A stretch of DNA of 63,882 nt, filler included, from Octopus bimaculoides (taxonomy: Eukaryota), in the NCBI RefSeq assembly GCF_001194135.2. It is 4 parts of 4 records of this genome, joined end to end, with 100 filler letters (N's around TTAATTAATTAA, not from the genome) between each part and the next. Parts side by side here need not be neighbours in the genome. Positions count along the whole stretch, not along the records: positions 1 to 24,279 come from NC_068992.1; 3 more parts are not named here. One strand, given 5' to 3'. Below are positions 1-9,338 of the stretch, one piece after another; position 1 is the stretch's first letter; each line of letters begins with the position of its first letter. Below the pieces are notes generated by a model, which did no database searches, was not told the origin of the DNA, and saw only the letters and a program-made list of their open reading frames with translations. Both the position numbers and the translations under genes were made by a program.

Positions 1-1
1 A

Positions 2-743
2 TCCAAAGGCGAAACACACAGATATTTAAATAGAGTTTGTTGGACTGAACAAAGACTTATCAACTCGGTGCTACAGGCAGCGGTAGAGCGCAAATGGTCT
101 AAGATAATAACAATCCGTTACTATGACACTGAAGTGAGCCCATTATTTTACGTTCTTTTGATTAAACATGGAATGCAATTGGCTGGAAATATTGTGCTTC
201 CGGAAATAAAGAATGATAAAAACAGTATGCCTACTACGTACTTCCTTGCTGAACTGGTACAAGTTTCAACTATGGGTAGTAAAATAATTTTTTTTTTTGC
301 ACCGAAGTATGTTCAACCCTATGCCTTACGCGAGGCATATATGACTGGCATCTCTTCGTTGCATGGTTTTCAATGGGTGTTATTTGGTGAATATGTCTGG
401 CAATTCCCGTTTGATGATGAAGGTGTATGCAGCGGTGCAGTAAAATGCACACAAGCATTTGCAGGTACAAATTTGATTAGTGAACAATATAATATAAGCG
501 GTTATACTTCATCAGACTGGTTTCGAGTATTCGGTAATTGGTTTGCAGCCGACAAAACTATGTACAAAGGCGGAAGTGTAAGCTACAGATCCAACTATAT
601 TGGTGCAAGAATGGGGCTTGGATACGATGCTGTGCATCTTTATGCAGCCATGCTGGCAAAAATCCTTCGTCAACATCTGACAGCAACCGGTAAACTACAA
701 GCAGATCAATTACGAAATCTAAAGATCCATGGTTTGACTTCTG
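2..743 (+). CDS. Extracellular ANF-receptor / type-1 periplasmic-binding-fold domain of a receptor guanylyl cyclase (partial at both ends, single uninterrupted block)
   Basis: The frame is open from base 2 (SKGETHRYLNRVCWTEQRLINSVLQ...) to the N gap at 744. Motifs YLNRV...W (ERKWSKII), LGYDAVHLYAAML and LRNLKIHGLTSG match the ANF_receptor pattern (R-x-x-p...W-x-x-v, YDAV-x-l-x-A, F-x-GltG). It lies directly upstream of a kinase-homology/cyclase block on the same strand. Confidence 0.8.
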
Positions 744-845
744 NNNNNNNNNNNNNNNNNNNNNNNNNNNNNNNNNNNNNNNNNNNNNNNNNNNNNNNNN
801 NNNNNNNNNNNNNNNNNNNNNNNNNNNNNNNNNNNNNNNNNNNCT

Positions 846-2444
846 GATGATAAAAGGATTATTTCAGACATGGTCAAGTTAACGAAAACTAGACATTGTA
901 ATCTGATCCAATATGGTGGATGCTGTTTGACTTATCCTAATGTCAGCTTGTTCGTGGAAATTGCTGACAAGGGAAGTGTAGCGGATGTACTTGCCAATGA
1001 CACTTTTGAGACTGGATGGGAATTTGGATTTTCATTTTTAAAAGATATATGTTGCGGAATGGAATTTTTGCACGACAATTCTGAAATCAAGACCCATGGA
1101 CGTCTCAAATCTTCAAACTGTTTGGTTGACAAGCGCTGGACTGTACGTCTGTCAGGATTTGGTGCACCGTTTCTTCGTTATGGCAGCTACAGAATCCCAG
1201 ATTCTGAACACTTGTCTAATTTAAAAGATCTTTTTTGGACTGCACCCGAACTACTGAAGGATAACACAAGTCTCGATGGGGTAAAGAGAGGCACACCGCA
1301 AGGAGATGTGTATTCATTTGCTATCATTGCGTGTGAAATTGCGACGAAGGCAAAACCCTACCATTATGAACTGAAACATTTAAGTGAAAAATCCATTTTA
1401 GAACTCATTAAAAATTCGCAGTCACGGGCCAATAAAGATATACGACATGTATGGGAGAGTATTTGTGGACGTAAAATGATTTTTACGAGACCAATTTTAA
1501 GTGACGATTTATTACCAAACAGTAAGCTTTCTAGGAAGCTGTTTAAAAAAATGCTCGAAGAGTCTTGGAATGAGAGAGCATCGTCACGACCGACTTTTAG
1601 TAAGCTTAGCATCATTCTAAATCGAATGCACCCCATTAAAGGAGAGCTCATAGATAGATTAATCCACCGCTTGGAAACTTACTCCAATAATTTAGAAATA
1701 CTCGTAGTAGAAAGAACCAGAGAACTAGAACAAAAAAAAGCTAAGGCTGAGCAATTATTGGGCCAGATGTTGCCACCGAAAGTAGCTTCTGAACTGAAAC
1801 AAGCTGGTAAAGTAATACCGGAATTATTTGAATGTGCCACAGTATTCTTCAGTGATATCGTGAATTTTGGCCGAATATGTAGAGAAAGTAAACCAATGGA
1901 AATAGTTGATTTTTTAAATGAAGTTTATAAAATATTTGACTCTGTTTTAGACGGCTATGATGTTTATAAAGTGGAAACCATCAGCGATTCGTACATGGTA
2001 GTTAGTGGTATTCCAGAAAAGAATGGTGATCGCCATGCAGGAGAAATTGCAACAATGGCTTTAGATCTGATGTCACATGTTACTATACTCCATGTTGACC
2101 CGATGGAAACTGACGTTCTGCAGTTACGAGTGGGTATGCATTCTGGTCCGGTAGTAAGTGGCGTAGTGGGGAAACTAATGCCTAGATTTTGTCTGTTCGG
2201 AGACACAGTCAACACAGCTTCCAGAATGCAGTCTAGTTCTTATGCATTACACATTCAAGTGAGCGAGAGTACTGCAGCAATTCTTGATTCTTTAGGCGGT
2301 TATAAATTAGAATGTAGAGGAAAAAGAGAAGTAAGAGGTCGTGGAGTAATGACAACGTACTGGCTGTGGGGTAAGGACTCATTTATGAAAGAACTACCTG
2401 ATATATCCCTGGCAGTCCCTCTCTCAGAACACAAATTCAAATAA
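846..2444 (+). CDS. Receptor guanylyl cyclase, paralog 1: kinase-homology (pseudokinase) domain + dimerisation coiled coil + class III cyclase domain, 5'-partial, intronless over 1.6 kb
   Basis: The frame is open from the gap edge (DDKRIISDMVKL...) to TAA 2442-2444. KHD motifs: HGRLKSSNC (no HRD Asp), LSGFG (in place of DFG), WTAPELL, GDVYSFAII. Coiled coil: YSNNLEILVVERTRELE...LLGQMLP. Cyclase motifs: TVFFSDI, VYKVETISDSYMVVSG, RVGMHSGPVVSGVVGKLMPRFCLFGDTVNTASRM, with the GTP-specifying Glu and Cys. Confidence 0.95.
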   Translation, partial: DDKRIISDMVKLTKTRHCNLIQYGGCCLTYPNVSLFVEIADKGSVADVLANDTFETGWEFGFSFLKDICCGMEFLHDNSEIKTHGRLKSSNCLVDKRWTVRLSGFGAPFLRYGSYRIPDSEHLSNLKDLFWTAPELLKDNTSLDGVKRGTPQGDVYSFAIIACEIATKAKPYHYELKHLSEKSILELIKNSQSRANKDIRHVWESICGRKMIFTRPILSDDLLPNSKLSRKLFKKMLEESWNERASSRPTFSKLSIILNRMHPIKGELIDRLIHRLETYSNNLEILVVERTRELEQKKAKAEQLLGQMLPPKVASELKQAGKVIPELFECATVFFSDIVNFGRICRESKPMEIVDFLNEVYKIFDSVLDGYDVYKVETISDSYMVVSGIPEKNGDRHAGEIATMALDLMSHVTILHVDPMETDVLQLRVGMHSGPVVSGVVGKLMPRFCLFGDTVNTASRMQSSSYALHIQVSESTAAILDSLGGYKLECRGKREVRGRGVMTTYWLWGKDSFMKELPDISLAVPLSEHKFK

Positions 2445-2546
2445 AGNNNNNNNNNNNNNNNNNNNNNNNNNNNNNNNNNNNNNNNNNNNNNNNNNNNNNN
2501 NNNNNNNNNNNNNNNNNNNNNNNNNNNNNNNNNNNNNNNNNNNNNN

Positions 2547-3281
2547 GAAAGAACAAAAGAACTTGAAAAGAACAAAGCTACAGCAGAACAACTACTTGGC
2601 CAAATGCTTCCAAAGAAAGTAGCGAACGACATAAGAGAAGGAAACAAAATTCTTCCAGAGTATTTTGAAAGTGTCACTGTATTCTTCAGCGATATCGCCA
2701 ATTTCTATATGATATGCAAAGAAAGTAACCCAATCGAGATTGTGAACTTTTTGAATGAGATTTATAATGCATTCGACAAAGTTCTCGATGATTATGATGT
2801 TTATAAAGTAGAAACTATCAGTGACTCATACATGGTGGTGAGTGGTCTCCCAGAGAAGAATGAGAATCGTCATGCGGGAGAGATTGCAACAATGGCTTTA
2901 GATCTGATGTCAATGGTGACCGTGTTTGAAATACCACATATACCAAAATCTACTTTACAATTACGAATTGGAATACATTCAGGACCAGTTGTAAGCGGTG
3001 TGGTTGGTAAACTTATGCCTCGGTATTGTTTGTTCGGAGACACTGTGAACACAGCTTCGAGGATGGAGTCTAGTTGTTACGCTCTGCGAATTCAAGTGAG
3101 TGAGGTTACAGCTGGCATTCTTGAAGAATTAGGGGGATATACTTTGGAATCAAGAGGCCAGATAAATGTGAAAGGGCGAGGGATGATGACAACTTTCTGG
3201 CTTTGGGGAAAAGACACCTTCAAAAAAATGTTGCCGGACCAATCTCTAGCTTTGTCGCTTTCTAAACACAAGTTCAAGTGA
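2547..3281 (+). CDS. Receptor guanylyl cyclase, paralog 2: coiled coil + cyclase domain, 5'-partial, intronless
   Basis: The frame is open from the gap edge (ERTKELEKNKATAEQLLGQMLP...) to TGA 3279-3281. It has the same cyclase motifs and aligns to paralog 1 without indels (69 differences in 244 aa by hand count). Both end in LPDxSLAxxLSxHKFK*. Confidence 0.93.
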   Translation, partial: ERTKELEKNKATAEQLLGQMLPKKVANDIREGNKILPEYFESVTVFFSDIANFYMICKESNPIEIVNFLNEIYNAFDKVLDDYDVYKVETISDSYMVVSGLPEKNENRHAGEIATMALDLMSMVTVFEIPHIPKSTLQLRIGIHSGPVVSGVVGKLMPRYCLFGDTVNTASRMESSCYALRIQVSEVTAGILEELGGYTLESRGQINVKGRGMMTTFWLWGKDTFKKMLPDQSLALSLSKHKFK

Positions 3282-3317
3282 GAAAATTATTTCGATGTTA
3301 ATAATATGAATCTTGAG

Positions 3318-3500
3318 GATGATGATGTCATTGATGATGACGATGCTGCTTGTGGCGTTGGAGTTTATTGAGGATGACGGTGATTATGATAGTAATGATG
3401 GTGATGATGATGATGATGATGATGATAAAAATTACGATTATGATGATGATGATAAAGACGACGGCGACGACGGTTTCTTTGTCATTACCTGTATTAGTGA
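3318..3500. repeat. Degenerate (GAT)n trinucleotide microsatellite 3' of paralog 2
   Basis: Direct reading of gatgatgat runs; this explains the poly-Asp, poly-Met and poly-Ile ORFs at 3313-3618. Confidence 0.9.
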
Positions 3501-3855
3501 TGTTGATGAGAAGGGATATGCATATGCTTCCCAATCTGCAGGGATGATGGGTATCGTTGATCGAATTCATAGAAGTAGTTTGTAACTGGTTTGTCAGTGG
3601 ATCACCTCTGTGCCTCATGAGGGAAATGGAAATTTTGTACTCGGTATGACTAGAAGTGTAGAACTTACAAATTAAATCGATATGACAAAATTGCGCAAGT
3701 CATTTTGTGTGACTCATTATTTCTTCCGAATCCTTGTTATAATAGCAACATCTGAAACACACAGAGCCTCAGCGGCGGCAGCAGCGGCAACAACAACAAC
3801 GACATAAACAACAAGAATATTAATCAGGCAGGATCATTATCTCGCTGTACGAAAG

Positions 3856-3940
3856 GCTTATCGGTATTTCGTTCTGAGTTCAAATTCCGCTGAGGCCCAC
3901 TTTGCCCTTCATCTTTTGAGGGTCTATAAAATAAGCACCA
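3856..3940 (+). mobile_element. tRNA-derived SINE family A, internal fragment
   Basis: ttctgagttcaaattccgctgaggcccactttgcccttcatc matches fuller copies at 8039-8252, 37157-37335 and 54980-55163; contains a B-box-like GAGTTCAAATTCC. Confidence 0.75.
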
Positions 3941-5033
3941 ATCACATGAACATACCCACGGTATATCGATAGATTTGAGAGTTTACGATATATACTCATG
4001 GATGTTTATTGACACACATACATATATACGTATATATGCATATATATATACACACATGCACATATGCGCAGGCACATACATACGCACAGACATACACACG
4101 CTTTCAGAGATCGACTTTGAGAAAGAGTTATTCACTGCGAGGCTGCACTCTTTTTTAATATTCTTGCATCATGAGTTTCTCTCGAATATATACTCAATTC
4201 TTCAAGCTGGATAAGAATGATAGATGACAACTGCATGGCGAAAACGTGGCATAAACTCTCTCGAGATAACGAATTGTCAACAATAGAACTATTGACAAGG
4301 GAAGAAAATATATATAAAGAGAAGAGACCATTCAGGAGTTTGGTAGTAGTTGTTCCTCTTGCGGTTTTTAATTGTTTCCCGAATGAAGAAGGAACATGAT
4401 ATCATCAGAATCAATATAGCACCCGAATATCAAAATTTACCTCGGAGAGGGAACTAAAACTAAAACTAAGGTAATCAAAGGAATTTTCGATTTATAATTG
4501 ATTTTGAACCTATATAAACTTAAAACAGAAAATTTGTCTCTCTGTTTTTCTGCCTTCTGATTGAGTTGAGAAAGATAAATATTTAATTTAAATGAATTTA
4601 AATGAAGTAGTAATTTTCCCTTTTAAGAACAAAAAAATAAAGTTGAAAATGTCAGTTTCGGTGGCGACAATGTTATGAAGTGCAGGCGGCCTGACCTCTT
4701 ATTTCAAAAATGAAATCATAATAATCTATTACCACTCACTCGATCAGTGGTTAGGGATAACTAGTACTTCAAAGCCACATTTACTACTTGATTTCTTTTT
4801 CTTAACGGGAAAATTACTATGCTTTCTTTTTAATCTGCAGTTGTATTGCAAAAATTTTGGATTATGTTTCTTCCCTGTGCTGTCGGATGGCTTGAAATAA
4901 ACTCACGGAAGGGAGTCTTTGTCTGTTTTTTTTTGTCCTTTGAGATTAAGATGATAAAGATTACTATTTTAAATAAAGAAGTATTTTTTTCCTTTCCCGC
5001 CGCGCATCGACATTTTCAACTTGGAGAGATTGT

Positions 5034-5060
5034 AACCCAAGGGATCACGGGTACATCTAG

Positions 5061-5061
<1 letters not shown>
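5034..5061 (+). mobile_element. Helitron-like 3' terminus (decayed hairpin + CTAG followed by T)
   Basis: aacccaagggatcacgggt (imperfect ACCCGTG..CACGGGT stem), then acatCTAG|T at 5057-5061. Confidence 0.45.
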
Positions 5062-5064
<3 letters not shown>

Positions 5065-5136
<72 letters not shown>

Positions 5137-5143
5137 TGTGTGT
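5065..5143. repeat. (TG)n microsatellite
   Basis: Direct reading. Confidence 0.95.
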
Positions 5144-5586
5144 GCAAAGAAAGAAAGTGAGAATGAAAGACCTGTAATCTTTTTTCCTAACCAAAATTGT
5201 GACTGTGTTACTTTATTACCGGTCACCGGAGAAACAGAACTCACCACATGCATGTCTATACATATAAATTTGACATGGGTGATTCTTTCTTATTTTGGGA
5301 TTCATGGTCAAACGGCTGGGTGGAATGGCGCGAAAAATTACACAGATGTGTAGAATCATCCGGTGCTGTTGATTGGCTTTGTATTATTTTTTTTCATAGC
5401 GCCCACGGTTACCGAAATAATCTACTACAATACTACTCTTGTGTTGATGAATGAGAAAGGAATGGGTGATGTCATACTTGGTAGTGGGATGATGAAAAGT
5501 GTACGCTGAAAAAATAAATCAGCGTTTCAATTCTGTGTGAATATATGTGTGTGTATGTAAAAGGGGGGTACGTTGTGTGTGCATGC

Positions 5587-5669
<83 letters not shown>

Positions 5670-6164
5670 TGTGTGTACGTGTCTGCGTGTGCGCTTGGAA
5701 TGGAAGTAGGATTTTGTGTGAAGTCTTTCTATGTAGTGTTTCAGTTATTTGGTTTTCAGTTTCAGATTTTTTTTTTTCTTTTGGTTTTTATATTTTGTGT
5801 AATATTTCGCATTGAGGTTGAGCTACTTAATGTTTGCAGCTATTATTATTTTTTTGCTGTTTTGTTTTTTTGACCTTTGAAAATTTAAAAGATTTTTGAC
5901 CTATTTATTATTTCTTCTAATTTTTGTTTTATCTTTTATGTTTGTTTGTTGCTTTGCAGTTTAAGTTTTGCATCTTTGTTCGCTTATTATTTGGGTTTAT
6001 CTTTTGATTTGGTTGAATCTTTGTTGGTTTTTCTTCTGTTGGTCAGTTATGTTTAGCGTTTTCACTGAAGAAAGTCATTCTATAATTGTTTTTTTAACGT
6101 AAGCGTACCCAAACAAGTCGAATGCTTACACAGAGCAGATTTTACAGCCACATCATACAAACGG

Positions 6165-6193
6165 ACAGGGTGAAACCGGGCTTAACTGCTAGT
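6165..6193 (+). mobile_element. Helitron-like 3' terminus (imperfect hairpin + CTAG followed by T)
   Basis: cagggtgaaaccggg, then cttaactgCTAG|T at 6189-6193, followed by (TA)n. Confidence 0.4.
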
Positions 6194-6589
6194 ATATATA
6201 TATATATTTATCTACAGAACAGTTACAAAAGTAAGTTAATCAAAGCACCAGACTTTCGTCTATGGCTCTTATTCATGCTCCGACTCTTACAAGTGCAATA
6301 AACACTCGGCCTTTGAATCAGTTCTGAACATATATGTATATGGAAGACAAATTTAATTTACAACTTATTCCACGGCTTAGAAAGTAAACAAAATGTAAAT
6401 ATGTAGTTATTAATTTTGCGAACATACACTCATCCAAAAATATAGATAGTGTGACTTATTTAGTTTGATTGACTACATTTTAGCAAAAAAATGAAAGACT
6501 AATAATATTTAAAAACGGAAAATCTACATATCGTTACCCCGCATACGTAGAAACGTGAATAGTAGAATCCATGTCAAAAAAAAAATGTC

Positions 6590-6822
6590 ACAAGAAAAAA
6601 GTCACAGGAGTTTTGGCCGAGGCGGGGCTGTCCGAAAGGATTTGTCCGAGGGGTTTTTGTCATAGTGGGGTTTTGTCCGGATACCATCAATTAGTTGTGA
6701 CTTTATAACCGTCCACCATAAATTAATTATGACATTTTTTCCTGTGACTTTTGTCCTAGCCAAGATCGTGACTTTATTACTGTGTCTTTCTTTTTTTTTT
6801 GCGAATTTATTACCGGTCACCG
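6590..6822. mobile_element. Non-autonomous DNA-transposon / MITE-like element with internal inverted repeat
   Basis: aaaagtcacagga (6597-6609) is the reverse complement of tcctgtgactttt (6740-6752); repeated gggg(t)tttgtc motifs; the terminal motif tttattaccggtcaccg (6806-6822) recurs at 5212-5228. Confidence 0.5.
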
Positions 6823-7207
6823 TATATAGTAAATGCATTTTAAATCAAACGTATTAGACAGTATTTGAAATGTTTAGACTAATGTTCCCATTAAACACTT
6901 ATTGACTGTTCTTAATTAATTATGAAATATTTTATACACAAACAGTCTGTATTAGATAATCTAAGACGGTGTTTATCGTAACTGGCTAAAGTTTTATAAT
7001 GCTCAATTTATAGACAGCAAAAACATGTCCAAGAAATGTTTTGGAATTTCTTCCCCAAGAAATGTTTTGGAATTTCTTCTCCAACATTACTGTCTCGATC
7101 CTTTTCTAGGAAGTCATTAAGCGGCTAGTTATATTCTGATGAGTAGCCAACCAAACATGAAACATATCAGGAGAATCGCGTTTACTTTTCGGTATCTCAG
7201 GTTGTGT

Positions 7208-7246
<39 letters not shown>

Positions 7247-8038
7247 TGCTCGCGCCGGCACTGATGATAAGAACTGTCTTCATTTCATTTATGGTTGAAA
7301 ATTACTTTTCAATGCTGATACATTAGTAACAACACTCTGCGGTTTCAATGTTCTTAGACGAAAGAGAAATCAGGAATGAATTATACAGTAATTGGCTTGT
7401 GTTAAAGCCCACATCTGTTGAAATGTTTTATCATCACAACGTACTTTTTCGTTAAAAACTTGAAACAGAAACAGATTCTTAACTTTAGTATTAGCTTTGG
7501 TGATGAACACAGAAATAGAACACAAAACACAAGTTTATATATTTAACATTATAAATGTTATAATAAATACGGGAATCTATAACAGAAATTCTTCTTTCGA
7601 GCAAAACCATTTAATAATTAGGCCATGAGTAAAATTAAAATCGATTTCTCCATCACCTTACAAAGTGCTTAGCAGTTTTTGAAGGAAGGGAAGAAGAAGT
7701 CGATTCTGTCGACACCAGTAAGGATTGAAAGCATAATCAACCCTGTTGGTATTTGAACTCAGAAGGTAACGACGAACGTAAGCGCCGCTAAGCATTTTAT
7801 CCAGCGTTTTAACGGTTCTACCAGCTCGCCACCTTAAGTACTCTAGAAGTCAGAAGTTCCTGGGAATATAAGCACGCTTTTTGGTGAATAAACTGTACCA
7901 TAAAGGGTCTTTGAAGAGGTATATGCATTGTGATACAGAAACAGCAACTCAGTAAAATACAAACGCAAATAGGTACAGTTTAAATGAAAATGTCTTAATA
8001 AAAACAGTACTCAAATAATAGAAGTTTTCGCTAATATT

Positions 8039-8252
8039 GATTTCAAATTTTGGCACAAGGTTAGCAATTTCAGAGAAAAGGGTAAGTCGATTATATCGAC
8101 TCCAGTGTTCAGCTGGTACTTATTTTATCGATTCCAAAATGATGAAAGGCAAATTCGACCTCGGCGAAATTTGAACTCAGAAAGTAAAAACCGGACGAAA
8201 TACAGCAAAGAATTTTAGCCGGCGTGCTAACGGTTCTAATAGCTCCCCGCCT
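8039..8252 (-). mobile_element. tRNA-derived SINE family A, near full length
   Basis: The reverse strand has an A-box-like and a B-box-like (GAGTTCAAATTTC) head plus the family body ...gaggtcgaatttgcctttcatc...aagtaccagc; at least 10 related copies occur in the window. Confidence 0.85.
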
Positions 8253-8619
8253 GATTGTTTTTTCATAAAGTCCAATAAACGATATTCGTTCAAAAAAGAG
8301 TATCTCTTATAGACATGAAGAGTTAAAAAAACTCTCCCTATTTATCTGTAGACTCACCACTGTTGACCCATCTGTCCCTCTTCTCGTTCTGTCTCCTCCT
8401 ATCACTTCTTGCTCTTTCTCTGCTTCAATCCTCCTTCCCCCACTGAACTGTCTACATTCTCCTTCCACCTAGAAATATATACATACACACACATAAATAT
8501 GAATTGAAAGCAATATTAAGAAAACAAAGATTAATCGCAGTATAAGGCAGATCAGTTGGGGAACTTCATAGACCAAACAGTAGATTACTTATTACACTGT
8601 ATTTATCACGGAACGTAGA

Positions 8620-8742
8620 GACACAATAGCCCAGTGGTTAGGACAGCGGACTCGCGGTCATAGGATCGCGGTTTCGATTCCCAGACCGTGCGTTGTGAGT
8701 CTTTATTGAGCGAAAACACCTAAAGCTCCACGAGGCTACGGC
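8620..8742 (+). mobile_element. tRNA(Arg)-like-headed SINE family B, 5' fragment
   Basis: tagcccagtggttagg (A box), gactcgcgg (TCG anticodon-like), ggtttcgattccc (B box), followed by a non-tRNA body shared with 39418-39798. Confidence 0.75.
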
Positions 8743-8923
8743 TATGAAAAACAAAATACAAAGCCCAGTAACAGCACCGGATCATTCTACACATCTGTGT
8801 AATTTTTCGCGCAATACCACCCAACCGTTTGACCGTGAATCTCAAGACAAGAAAGAATCGGCCATGTCACATTTATATGTATAGATACACACACACACAC
8901 ATCAGTCACATTTGACGCAATAT

Positions 8924-9035
8924 CGTTCTTCAGAATTTGAAATCAGTTAATCACACGCATACATTCACACATACAGACACATTCACACACACATACATAT
9001 ATTAAAGATTAACTGATTTCAAATTCTAAAGAACG
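8924..9035. repeat. Fold-back: 21-bp perfect (29-bp near-perfect) inverted repeat around a CA-rich spacer
   Basis: agaatttgaaatcagttaatc (8932-8952) is the exact reverse complement of gattaactgatttcaaattct (9007-9027); pairing continues for 7 bp beyond one mismatch. Confidence 0.85.
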
Positions 9036-9305
9036 TAGATCATTGTGTCTGTCAGAGATATACTGTTGTTGCGTTTACAAAAGACATGATTGTTTTTCCT
9101 TTTCACCAGATTTGATGTCAAGGACGCCCTATCTTCTATTCAAAAGTTTCTTTCGTTGATGTGAAATATTAAAATGTCATTAATCATTGAAAATAATTTC
9201 CATGCTTGAAATTTACGTGAAACGCAGTCAGGGGTACGTGATGCAAGTCATGTCTAAAGTCGTAGTTGAACTCACACATACTCACTCTACATAGCTAACG
9301 CGCAA

Positions 9306-9338
<33 letters not shown>

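Noticed and set aside
870-3281. A single protein with two tandem cyclase domains
   Set aside because: Paralog 1 has its own stop (TAA 2442-2444) after the same terminal HKFK motif that ends paralog 2, so these are two genes.
870-3281. The two cyclase blocks being haplotypes or an assembly duplicate
   Set aside because: About 28% amino-acid difference is far too much.
3282-3320. Retrogene poly(A) tail or TSD after paralog 2
   Set aside because: No A-tract or flanking direct repeat is visible, so retroposition remains an inference from intron absence only.
3313-3618. Asp-, Met- or Ile-rich small proteins
   Set aside because: Translations of a (GAT)n microsatellite.
8620-8695. tRNA-Arg(TCG) gene
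   Set aside because: No proper acceptor stem or Pol III terminator; it continues into a SINE body shared with 39418-39798. The same applies to the other tRNA-like heads.
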